A DNA stretch of 32,000 bases, from assembly GCA_008080745.1 (NCBI GenBank), contig SHMX01000012.1, forward strand, positions 1 through 32,000, written 5' to 3'. Every line of letters starts with the position of its first letter. Within the stretch, counting starts at the first letter, position 1. Source of the stretch: Candidatus Thorarchaeota archaeon (lineage in GTDB: Archaea > Asgardarchaeota > Thorarchaeia > Thorarchaeales > Thorarchaeaceae). The notes beneath the pieces are model-generated. The model had not been told where the DNA came from, searched no databases, and saw only the letters and a program-made list of their open reading frames with translations. The translations under genes were made by a program, and so were the position numbers. Positions 15,136-23,374 of this stretch are shown piece after piece.

Positions 15136-16188
15136 CTAGTCAACCTCCAAGTCTTCCAAACCATCAAGTTCTGAGAAGATTTCCTCCTCGTCTAGTATCT
15201 CTGAAACACCCGGGTTAAGCACACGGAGTAACATTGCATCAGCTTTCTCAATGATAGCTTGACGCTTTTTACCCCCAACTGTTGCGCCAATTCTGATTGC
15301 GTGTATGTCAGGGTTGATTTCTTTCTCATCAATATCTTCAGGACGCTCAACACGTACCTCGATGTATCCCGAGGGATGAAGTCCTCGCACAGCCTTTGGT
15401 GTTCGATATCCTGATGACACCATTGCAATGCGACCTTTCTTCTTCTCACGTGTGGCGCTATCGATACCACGAACTTTTCTCCAGGAATCACTAACTCGCT
15501 TCCATCGATGAGCTTGCTCATGACGGAAGGCAGGTTTCCGCTTTTTCATTTCGGCAGAGATTCTTCGAAGTCTAGGATCATGAAGGGTTTCCCTGGTTGG
15601 AAATTCGGGTTCTTCCTTCTTTTTCTTCTCTTTCTTCTTCTTCTTTGGTTTGGGTTTTGGTGTGGGTTCAGCCTTTGGTTCCTTCTTTGGCTTTTCCTTT
15701 GGTTTAGGTTTAGCCTTAGGTGCTTCTTCCTCTTCTTTGGGAAGCATCTTCTTAGCTGCTGCTATCATCTTCTTTGCAGTAGCAGCGCCAACACCATCCA
15801 CTTTTTCTGCCAATTCTTTAGGATCTGCTTGAGATACCTTCAAGACCGATTTGTATCCAGCTGCTTTCAGACTCTCTACAGTAGAGGGTCCAACACCTGA
15901 AATATCTTGGAGTTCAGGCTTCTTTGTCTTCTTCGGCTCTTTCTTGGTTTTCTTAGCAGACTTTTTCGCTTTGGGCTTTGTATCTTTAGACTCTTCAGGA
16001 AGTAGCTTCTTTGCTGCTGCTATCATCTTCTTTGCAGTAGCAGCGCCAACACCTGAAACCTTCTCAGCCAACTCTTTAGGGTCAGCACGAGAGAGTTTCA
16101 GCACAGTCTTGTATCCAGCCTCTTCGAGGCTTTCAGCTGTGGAGGGGCCTACTCCCGGAATATCTGAAAGTTTGGGCTTCTTTGACAA
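15136..16188 (-). CDS. rpl32e: 50S ribosomal protein eL32 fused to two N-terminal helix-hairpin-helix modules
   Basis: eL32 core FRHEQAHRWKRV..WRKVRGIDS..GYRTP..RGLHPSG; two IxGVG..VxGVG repeats; TTG start with GGAGG SD. Confidence 0.95.
   Translation of the reverse strand: MSKKPKLSDIPGVGPSTAESLEEAGYKTVLKLSRADPKELAEKVSGVGAATAKKMIAAAKKLLPEESKDTKPKAKKSAKKTKKEPKKTKKPELQDISGVGPSTVESLKAAGYKSVLKVSQADPKELAEKVDGVGAATAKKMIAAAKKMLPKEEEEAPKAKPKPKEKPKKEPKAEPTPKPKPKKKKKEKKKKEEPEFPTRETLHDPRLRRISAEMKKRKPAFRHEQAHRWKRVSDSWRKVRGIDSATREKKKGRIAMVSSGYRTPKAVRGLHPSGYIEVRVERPEDIDEKEINPDIHAIRIGATVGGKKRQAIIEKADAMLLRVLNPGVSEILDEEEIFSELDGLEDLEVD
15742..16176 (-). repeat. Intragenic tandem duplication of the HhH module, period 258 nt
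   Basis: 41-nt perfect identity between 15755-15795 and 16013-16053. Confidence 0.9.
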
Positions 16189-16201
16189 TTATCTCGCCTC
16201 C

Positions 16202-16765
16202 TTATACTATCGATTTCACACTTTCGCCCTTTCTCTTCCTGATGACATAGATACCATCCATGAAGACACGTCGGTCTTTATCACGAATCTTACAGGCAAG
16301 CTGAATATTAGCAGCACTCTGAGATACATGTTCAATATCGATGCCACTGATTATGACATCATCTTCGGTGATCTCTAATTTGACATCACCAATTAGACGG
16401 GCGGTTCTAACACCTCGTTCACCGATGAAGTTCTTAATCAGGACCTCCTGGCCTCTTTGTTCTACAGTAATTGGAAAGTGACTATAGACAATCTTCATTT
16501 CATAGGTATAACCATGGGTCACGCCAACGAACATATTTCTCAAGTGTGCGATTATTGTTCCAACAAGAGCTCGAGTCTTCTTTCTACTAATGAAAGTAGT
16601 AGCTACAACCTCGTTATTCTCGATTTCTATTCGAGTCTGTGGTTCAGGGAAGGATCGCTCCAATGTACCAAGAGGTCCACTGACAGTCAACTTACTTCCT
16701 TCTAAGACTACTTTACAGTCTTCTGGAATTTCAATCCGTTTTTCGTAAACCGCTTTATTAGACAT
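16202..16765 (-). CDS. rpl6: 50S ribosomal protein uL6
   Basis: VSGPLG, MKIVYSHFPI, NFIGE, KDRRVFMDGIYV. Confidence 0.98.
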   Translation of the reverse strand: MSNKAVYEKRIEIPEDCKVVLEGSKLTVSGPLGTLERSFPEPQTRIEIENNEVVATTFISRKKTRALVGTIIAHLRNMFVGVTHGYTYEMKIVYSHFPITVEQRGQEVLIKNFIGERGVRTARLIGDVKLEITEDDVIISGIDIEHVSQSAANIQLACKIRDKDRRVFMDGIYVIRKRKGESVKSIV

Positions 16766-16779
16766 TTGTCAGTTCTCCT

Positions 16780-17172
16780 CTAATACACATATGCGAGCAA
16801 TCGGCCTCCGATTCCTCGGCTCTTTGCATCATTATGGGTCATTACGCCTTGGGGGGTCGTAACTATCAGTATACCATAGTTGTAGGCTGGAAGATACCGC
16901 TTCTCAAACCTCTCAAATCCATCACGTTTGACAGGATATCGAGGCTTGATGACTCCACACTTGTTGGTGCGGCCCATAAGCTGTATTCGAAATCTGCCCG
17001 ACTTCCCATCGTCTATCTGCTCAAACTCGCCAATATATCCCTTCAACTGCATAACCTGCAGCACTCGTTCAATCAGGCTAGAAGCTGGAGCAATGATAAC
17101 TTCCGGCTTACCCACTAATTCACTATTATAGATGCTAGACATTGCATCTGCCAATGGGTCTAGTAATGTCAT
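16780..17172 (-). CDS. rps8: 30S ribosomal protein uS8
   Basis: [40 protein letters not shown]. Confidence 0.98.
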   Translation of the reverse strand: MTLLDPLADAMSSIYNSELVGKPEVIIAPASSLIERVLQVMQLKGYIGEFEQIDDGKSGRFRIQLMGRTNKCGVIKPRYPVKRDGFERFEKRYLPAYNYGILIVTTPQGVMTHNDAKSRGIGGRLLAYVY

Positions 17173-17187
17173 TCTTGTTAGACCTCC

Positions 17188-17358
17188 CTAGCTATATTTC
17201 TTGAAACCTATCTTCTCTGCTGTTTCTCTAAAACAGCGTCGGCACATATACAGGCCATAGGAACGGATGATGCCTCGGTGTGTTCCGCAGCGGATACAGG
17301 ACCTGCTGCCCTTTCCCATCTTTTTGCGTTTCTTTCCACGTTCTTTCTTACTCATCAT
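17188..17358 (-). CDS. rps14: 30S ribosomal protein uS14 (zinc type), 56 aa, not in the ORF track
   Basis: Manual translation [56 protein letters not shown]; GAGGTGA SD. Confidence 0.97.
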   Translation of the reverse strand: MMSKKERGKKRKKMGKGSRSCIRCGTHRGIIRSYGLYMCRRCFRETAEKIGFKKYS

Positions 17359-17366
17359 CGTTCACC

Positions 17367-17951
17367 TCAAAATAGATAGGTCCTCTCACGTTCTTTCTCA
17401 AGGATCTCTATTCCGAACTTTTCCTTGATGAAGACCATTGATTCTTCTGGTGTCATTCTGTGTCTCCAAGGGACTTTCTGTCTCCTGCGACGTCTACGTT
17501 TCACTCTGAAACCAGGACGCTCAACACAGACTGTGATATTCATTCCTTGAATTCCTAATTGTGGATCGTACTTGACATCGGGAATGTCAATATGCTCACT
17601 AATACCGAAAGCAAAATTGCCATCATCGTCCCAATTCTTGAATAACAGTATGTTATCCTTGGCTTCCAAGGCTTTCTTGAGAAACTCTTCCGCCAAATCG
17701 TCTCGAAGGGTAACTCGGACGGCAATTGGCTCTCTTCGACGTATACCGAAATCACGTACAGTTTGTTTTGCACGGGACACTACTGGAGTTTGACCTGTTA
17801 GGTCTTCCAAGATAGTAGTAGCTCTTTCAAGGACACCTCCGCCACCTGTACACATATCAACTACGACTTTCTCAATCTTGGGTTTTCTCATCGGAGAGTA
17901 TTCCCATTCTTGGACGTATAGATCAGCGTTAGGTAACTCAATCTCACTCAT
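17367..17951 (-). CDS. rpl5: 50S ribosomal protein uL5
   Basis: RKPKIEKVVV, LTGQTP, RDFGIR, GNFAFGISEHIDIP, YDPQLGIQG. Confidence 0.98.
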   Translation of the reverse strand: MSEIELPNADLYVQEWEYSPMRKPKIEKVVVDMCTGGGGVLERATTILEDLTGQTPVVSRAKQTVRDFGIRRREPIAVRVTLRDDLAEEFLKKALEAKDNILLFKNWDDDGNFAFGISEHIDIPDVKYDPQLGIQGMNITVCVERPGFRVKRRRRRRQKVPWRHRMTPEESMVFIKEKFGIEILEKERERTYLF

Positions 17952-18703
17952 TAGCTAGAGCCTCCTTCGGGACCAAGACTCACAACAGGCTTGTCCTTGC
18001 CGATAACAAAGACATAATCAAGTGCTGTTTGAAGGCGATTGCCTTCAGAGTCTTGTATTGTAACAGTACTTGCATGGGTCCCGTATCGTTTCTCAATCTC
18101 TACAATACGACCTTGTATACCAACGTTCTTACCTTGTGTAACTAATGCATGCACACCAGTATCAAGAGATATCGACTCGCTGACATCCTGGTCAGGAATT
18201 GTAATCTTCAATGTATCAAGAGTTTTGTAATCTGATGCATCATGTCCTTCAGGAAGAAGGATATTTCTGCCATCATGAAGGGTAATCTGCAATTTACCTC
18301 CTGATACCATCATCTTCCTTTCAATTCTGCAGAGCTTGAATTTTGCCTCTGCTTCATCAATAGGAACCAATAGGAATCCGCCACGGTGTTTTGGCAATAA
18401 ACGATATTTCTCACCCGAGTTTTCAATCTCAATCACATCCATCAGACCAACAGGATAGCGACCATCTTTTCGGGTTCTTCCGTCAACGGTTACTTGACCA
18501 CTGGAGAGTATTGCTTTGACTTCACGCATATTCTCTGCGTATCCAAGGATTTCCCGAAGAACAATAGCTAAAGTTAGACTATTTTCTTTAGGATGAGGAC
18601 CGGGAATCGGTCTGGTTATGAACTTCCCGTGTTTCCTTTTTATTGGCCAATGCCTTGGCGCAGGTAGGCGCTTTAGATGTTTTTTCTGGCCTCGTCGTAC
18701 CAT
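17951..18703 (-). CDS. rps4e: 30S ribosomal protein eS4
   Basis: KHLKRLPAPRHW, PGPH, YPVGLMDVI, LHDGRN, YVFVIG. Confidence 0.98.
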   Translation of the reverse strand: MVRRGQKKHLKRLPAPRHWPIKRKHGKFITRPIPGPHPKENSLTLAIVLREILGYAENMREVKAILSSGQVTVDGRTRKDGRYPVGLMDVIEIENSGEKYRLLPKHRGGFLLVPIDEAEAKFKLCRIERKMMVSGGKLQITLHDGRNILLPEGHDASDYKTLDTLKITIPDQDVSESISLDTGVHALVTQGKNVGIQGRIVEIEKRYGTHASTVTIQDSEGNRLQTALDYVFVIGKDKPVVSLGPEGGSS

Positions 18704-18705
18704 AA

Positions 18706-19092
18706 TTATTCACTCTCCGCAATTTCAAGTATTTTCTTCTCGATTATCGCTCTGCGATCATCGTCTAATTCTAATTTCACCAGCATCAAATTGGACGGAT
18801 GAATTGGAATTTGGACCTCCTTCCCATCTGCCTTTGTTGTACTAGCGTTGTCCAAATAGACTAGGGCTTTAGTATAGTCGATTCGTACAATCTTTCCTTC
18901 TGTATCTCTGAATTGTCCCCGCATGACTCGTACGAGGTCGCCTTTCCTTGCAACAAGAGATCTAAGACCATATTCCTCACGAAGGAATTCATCCAATCGG
19001 CAACGTAGTAGTTTCTTATGCTCATGAATGGATGATTTGCGTAGGAATCGCCTCTGTTTGCGTGGGGATTTTGAACTTGGTTTCTTTGCCAT
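18706..19092 (-). CDS. rpl24: 50S ribosomal protein uL24
   Basis: SKSPRKQRR, RKGDLVRVMRG, IHPSNLMLVKL. Confidence 0.98.
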   Translation of the reverse strand: MAKKPSSKSPRKQRRFLRKSSIHEHKKLLRCRLDEFLREEYGLRSLVARKGDLVRVMRGQFRDTEGKIVRIDYTKALVYLDNASTTKADGKEVQIPIHPSNLMLVKLELDDDRRAIIEKKILEIAESE

Positions 19093-19103
19093 CTATATCA
19101 ACC

Positions 19104-19526
19104 TCATACAATTTTCGATGCAATAGCAGCAACACGTGGATACTTCAGAGTGACTTCACGGGCCATGGGGCCTCGAAGTTCGGACCCTTGGGGTTCTCCA
19201 CCAGGCTTCACCAATACTGCAGCATTATCTTCGAATTGCATCCACGTCCCATCTGGTCTGCGGAAAATCTTTCTCTGTCGCACGATAATTGCGATGAAGA
19301 CTTGTTTGCGTAATTCTTGTTTTCCTTTTGTAACTGCAACGCTAACTGTGTCACCAATACCAGCTTTTGCAAGTCTGCGTAGACGTCCTTGGTATCCCAT
19401 AACACCAATAATCTGGAGTTCTTTTGCACCAGAGTTATCTGCACAAGTAATCTTTGCTCCAACAGGCAGACCACGTGCAATTCGTGGAACGAATTTTCTA
19501 ATACCTCTTCCAACTTTTCTCGACAA
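19104..19526 (-). CDS. rpl14: 50S ribosomal protein uL14
   Basis: CADNSGAK, IVRQRK, FEDNAAV, GPMAREV; TTG start with AGGAGG SD. Confidence 0.98.
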   Translation of the reverse strand: MSRKVGRGIRKFVPRIARGLPVGAKITCADNSGAKELQIIGVMGYQGRLRRLAKAGIGDTVSVAVTKGKQELRKQVFIAIIVRQRKIFRRPDGTWMQFEDNAAVLVKPGGEPQGSELRGPMAREVTLKYPRVAAIASKIV

Positions 19527-19529
19527 TGG

Positions 19530-19892
19530 TTATTCCTCCTTTATCTCCGCAGGGGTGACATGGATTACGACCGAAGAGATTGTCTTGCTTATTGGTCTGC
19601 ATTCTGCGACTCGTACATAATCTCCAGCCTTGACATCAATACAAGATGGGAGATAGGCATGTTTTTTCGTTCTGCGTCGTTCGTACCGCATGAATTTCTT
19701 TACCAATGCAATGTAGTCAGTCTGGTACGTGATTGCTTTATGCATCTTAGTGCTTGTCACAATACCTTCCATGAGTCTACCGCGTACTGGTAGATTACCA
19801 TGAAATGGGCAATTAGGGTCATCACATATTTTCTCTGGAGGATTGACCCCAGCAATACCGATGTTACGAACTTTCTGTTTATCCTTCGCCAT
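19530..19892 (-). CDS. rps17: 30S ribosomal protein uS17
   Basis: CDDPNCPFHGNLPVRG, RYERR, ECRPISKT; ATG 19892 fits SD spacing (alternative 19901). Confidence 0.98.
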   Translation of the reverse strand: MAKDKQKVRNIGIAGVNPPEKICDDPNCPFHGNLPVRGRLMEGIVTSTKMHKAITYQTDYIALVKKFMRYERRRTKKHAYLPSCIDVKAGDYVRVAECRPISKTISSVVIHVTPAEIKEE

Positions 19893-19894
19893 CT

Positions 19895-20179
19895 TTACCA
19901 TCTCCTACTGAGGCGTTTCTTCAATCGATCCTCAGGGCGTCCCTGTAGATACTCGCCATCAACGCGGACGACGGTTCTATCAGGTAGTGTAATATCAAAG
20001 ACACAGACACTCTTTGGCAACAATACATTACCAGTGTCGGTATCTAGTGTAATCATCTCTTTTGACTCACCAATGATTTTTCCAGACCTACAGATGAGAG
20101 TAGGGTCCCGTGAATCACAGACATGGGCCTTTAGGCCAACAAGCTCGTGGCCAATTAGATTTCGTGGAGTAATTGTCAT
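19895..20179 (-). CDS. rnp1: RNase P protein subunit 1 (Rpp29/Pop4)
   Basis: NLIGHELVGL, GKIIGES, PKSVCVF, RPEDRLK. Confidence 0.95.
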   Translation of the reverse strand: MTITPRNLIGHELVGLKAHVCDSRDPTLICRSGKIIGESKEMITLDTDTGNVLLPKSVCVFDITLPDRTVVRVDGEYLQGRPEDRLKKRLSRRW

Positions 20180-20388
20180 CTCTCAAGCCCCAGTTCTTCT
20201 TCTCGTTGGACGGTGAGTATTCTCGCGATTGCTTTCTTAATGATTCGAGTTCGATAGGGGTTCTCAGTACCGCCGCCGGTTGCTAGAGAAATTCTCTCGC
20301 TAGAGAGCTCATCATATAGTTCCTCAAGCCTCTTCTGACGTTCTGCAGGAGTGAGTTTTCGAATATCTTTGGCTGTTAGTTGTGGCAT
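20176..20388 (-). CDS. rpl29: 50S ribosomal protein uL29
   Basis: DIRKLT, GGGTENP, IKKAIARILTV. Confidence 0.96.
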   Translation of the reverse strand: MPQLTAKDIRKLTPAERQKRLEELYDELSSERISLATGGGTENPYRTRIIKKAIARILTVQREEELGLER

Positions 20389-21248
20389 TATTCTTCGCCT
20401 CCATCAGATTCTACTGATTCAGCCGACTCGGCTGATTCTTCATCTTCATTCGATTCCTCAGTGCTCTCTTCTGCTACTTCCTCTTCTTCCTCGATTAGTT
20501 CAAGACCATCAAGTTCTTCGAGTTCTCGAAGCTCATCAATGTCGGTTATACCCTCAAGGGTTTCCTCAACTTCGTCCTCTTCTGCGGCTTCAGCCTCTTC
20601 TTCCTCTTCTTCTGGAGGTTTGACAAGAGTTGGTTGAGGTTCTTTACGAGGCTTTGGTTTCTTGACTGTAATAACCCCAGGTAACTTTGTTTCAGGACGC
20701 ATAATGCGAACCTTGATACCAATAACACCTGGTTTTAGTACAGCAATATCATCGGACTCGTCAACAAAGGTTGTTGCGGGTTGTCCAGTCTTTGCGATAG
20801 TACCCTGTTTGAACTTCTGATACCTTGCACGTCGGCTTGAGAGCTTTCCTTTTACGATAATCTCGCATCCGATTGCACCAGCACGCATGACCCGTCGAAG
20901 CACCCAATAAGCCATCCTTCTGAATCGAACGCCACGTTCGAGTTGTCTAGCAAGGCGAGATGCCATAACTTGAGCACTGAGCCAGGGGTTATCGATTTCG
21001 TTGACTTCAACCTGAACATTCTCAATTCCAAATTCGGTTTCAAGAATATAGGTCAGTTCACGAATCTTTGATCCTCGTCGTCCAATCACAACACCCGGAC
21101 GAGATGCATGTATGACAATCTCGGTTCTCATGGGCATCTTTCTAATCTCGCATCCACCATATCCAGCCGAGTTGAGTTCTCGCGTGAGAAATTCATCAAT
21201 CTTGAGGGTACGAGTGTTCTGCTCGATAAAGTACTTGATTGCCGACAT
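20388..21248 (-). CDS. rps3: 30S ribosomal protein uS3 with long acidic C-tail
   Basis: KH domain RPGVVIGRRG, GCEIIVKGK, GVIGIKVRIM. Confidence 0.98.
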   Translation of the reverse strand: MSAIKYFIEQNTRTLKIDEFLTRELNSAGYGGCEIRKMPMRTEIVIHASRPGVVIGRRGSKIRELTYILETEFGIENVQVEVNEIDNPWLSAQVMASRLARQLERGVRFRRMAYWVLRRVMRAGAIGCEIIVKGKLSSRRARYQKFKQGTIAKTGQPATTFVDESDDIAVLKPGVIGIKVRIMRPETKLPGVITVKKPKPRKEPQPTLVKPPEEEEEEAEAAEEDEVEETLEGITDIDELRELEELDGLELIEEEEEVAEESTEESNEDEESAESAESVESDGGEE

Positions 21249-21713
21249 TTAGGCCACCTCTTCTAGTACAATCTCTACGTGTGTGGTGTTCTCAAAATAT
21301 GGAGAACTTCTACCAAAGGCTCGTTCAATGAACGCCTTGTAGGTTCGTCCACGGTGTGCAGCTGCGTGCATGACTCTTAACCTGTCAATATCCAGGCCTT
21401 TGTTGTCAGCATTAGCCTCAGCATTCCTGACGATTTTTAGGATCATCTGAGCGGGCTTCACCGGATGTCCACCTGAAGGCCATTTCTTCATTCCTGAATG
21501 GTGACCTCTCTTTTTCTTGTGGCGTCTGTAAGGAACCCATGCTTTTTCCTCAATTACGGCCTCAAGATAGTCTATTGCCTTGTCCAGCATCATTCCTTTG
21601 ATGGCCTTACATACCTCTCTCGAGAACTTTGGGGAACAACGCATATTCCTACCGCTAGCTATAGCGGTCCTATCTGGGTCAATGCCTATTATTGAATATC
21701 TATACGATGGCAT
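21249..21713 (-). CDS. rpl22: 50S ribosomal protein uL22
   Basis: SPKFSREVC, GHPVK, NAEANA, RAFGRSSP. Confidence 0.98.
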   Translation of the reverse strand: MPSYRYSIIGIDPDRTAIASGRNMRCSPKFSREVCKAIKGMMLDKAIDYLEAVIEEKAWVPYRRHKKKRGHHSGMKKWPSGGHPVKPAQMILKIVRNAEANADNKGLDIDRLRVMHAAAHRGRTYKAFIERAFGRSSPYFENTTHVEIVLEEVA

Positions 21714-21920
21714 AGTGCCTCACTTCCGGTTATCTTGACTTGTGTGCGCTCACTTTCTGAGCAAGTCTTAGTCAAATGGCACCCTCGGACTAACCACTTC
21801 GAATCAGGACCCGGCACGCGTCTGCAGACGGTTCTCGCGAGCAGAACTAGCTGTCTGCACTGCTCCGTTGATTCTGAAACAGTCGTCTTTAGAGAGCAAC
21901 TACTCAAAGCCCGACGAACT
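21714..21920 (-). promoter_or_regulatory. Long structured leader upstream of rpl22 (candidate cis-regulatory RNA)
   Basis: Four predicted hairpins; TTAAAT TATA-like box at 21925-21930; GAGG SD. Confidence 0.45.
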
Positions 21921-22025
21921 TCACATTTAAGGCTTACGAAAGAACAGGAAAAATCAACGATTTTTGGAATGAGTTACCAAGTTCTCTGTATCGTTGGCTT
22001 TTTTGACGGAAAAACGGAGATGAAG

Positions 22026-22141
22026 TGGCGCCCAGGATGGGATTCGAACTCATGCCTCCAAAAGGAGAGCAGCTGCCTGATCGTAAAGCCACTAGGCAAT
22101 TCGATTCCAGGCTGCCGCCGTAACCGCTTGGCTACCTGGGC
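22026..22141 (-). tRNA. tRNA-Ser(GGA) with a 30-nt intron at 37/38 (22075-22104) and encoded CCA
   Basis: Acceptor GCCCAGG/CCTGGGC, G discriminator, anticodon stem GCAGC/GCTGC, long variable arm CTCC-TTTT-GGAG, TTCGAAT loop. Confidence 0.93.
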
Positions 22142-22200
22142 ATTTTGACCCCAACAAACAAGTGAAGATATAAGCATGACGCTGTTGCAAGAAATTAATA

Positions 22201-22220
22201 TTTAGAACACGTGTTCTAAA
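22201..22220. repeat. Perfect 20-bp palindrome TTTAGAACACGTGTTCTAAA
   Basis: Exact self-complementarity; lies between the asparaginase stop and the tRNA promoter. Confidence 0.9.
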
Positions 22221-22258
22221 AAACCTGGATGAAGATTCACATAATCCAACCGTTGAAA

Positions 22259-23308
22259 TTAGATCTCGTAGACGTTGGACCCACCAAGAGCTGATAGTTC
22301 ACCAACATAGTCCTTAGACATCATCTCGTGAACAATATCGGGATCCCGGGTATGGCCCAGTACCCATGCCAGTTTTACCATAGCAGCTTCTGATGTCATG
22401 ACATGAGCACTCATAGCTCCTGCCTCCAATGCTGCCCGTCCCACTTCATAGAGAGATAAATCTGCCTGCCCAAAGGCACACTGAGAACTAACAACAACAA
22501 AACATCCCTGATTGACTGCTTGACGGATAGCACCAGTTAAAGAATTCTCTACGGTGGGGATATTGCCTAAACCAAACCCCTCGATGACAATTCCATGATA
22601 GCCCATATCCACAATCCGAGAGAGTATTCCAGGGGGAAGACCTGGAAAAACCTTCAGAAGAAAAACACGAGAGTCAAGACGAGTATCAAATTTCGGAACA
22701 AGATTGTGTCTTCGTCGCCTTGTTTCATAGAGGACTATATCTCTAGTCAATACGCCAATAGGAATGGGATCCATCGAGTCAAAGGCATCGTATGAGTTGA
22801 CACGTAGTTTTCTGGTTCTAGTAGCACGGTGAATCTCACCATTGAACACAATACAGGTCTCGCCAATATCTCCAAAGGCTGCAACGCGCATAGCATCAAG
22901 AAGATTGCGAGGGGCATCACTCCAGGGCATAGAGGCAGGAATCTGGGACCCTGTAAAGACAATCGGTTTACCAAAGTCTTGTACCATGAATGAAACAGCC
23001 GAGGCAGAATAGACCATTGTATCGGTACCATGTGTTATGACAATTCCCTCTATATCGGGCATCTCATCATAGATGGTCTTGATAGCACCAGCGATATCTT
23101 GCCAATGATGTGGTTGGGCATTAGCCGAGTCAAGGAGGAACAATTCCCTTTGAATCACATCGATGCTTCCCAATTCTCTAGGGAGAGTTCCCAATAGCAT
23201 ATCCAATGAAAGGCCAGGACGGAGTCCCTTGGTGACCGGGTCTGTTATACTTGATATGGTACCGCCAGTGGCCAGAAGGCAGACTTTCGCAACCTTGTCA
23301 GTCTTCAT
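22259..23308 (-). CDS. ansA: L-asparaginase, type I (AnsA-like)
   Basis: ATGGTISS, ITHGTDTM, FTGSQIP, EGFGLGN, SSQC; no GatD N-terminal domain; start taken as ATG 23308. Confidence 0.88.
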   Translation of the reverse strand: MKTDKVAKVCLLATGGTISSITDPVTKGLRPGLSLDMLLGTLPRELGSIDVIQRELFLLDSANAQPHHWQDIAGAIKTIYDEMPDIEGIVITHGTDTMVYSASAVSFMVQDFGKPIVFTGSQIPASMPWSDAPRNLLDAMRVAAFGDIGETCIVFNGEIHRATRTRKLRVNSYDAFDSMDPIPIGVLTRDIVLYETRRRRHNLVPKFDTRLDSRVFLLKVFPGLPPGILSRIVDMGYHGIVIEGFGLGNIPTVENSLTGAIRQAVNQGCFVVVSSQCAFGQADLSLYEVGRAALEAGAMSAHVMTSEAAMVKLAWVLGHTRDPDIVHEMMSKDYVGELSALGGSNVYEI

Positions 23309-23374
23309 GCTATACACCTGTTTACATGACAAGAAGATAATATATTGGTGTTGCTCAAACAGGCTTAGTGAGAA

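Noticed and set aside
22026-22141. tRNA-Sec interpretation (TCA inside the insert)
   Set aside because: The TCA lies in the intron helix; arm lengths, GGA anticodon and G73 fit tRNA-Ser
21689-22148. Track ORFs 21689-21907, 21735-22148 and 21974-22177
   Set aside because: They overlap the tRNA and the structured leader; no protein-like signal
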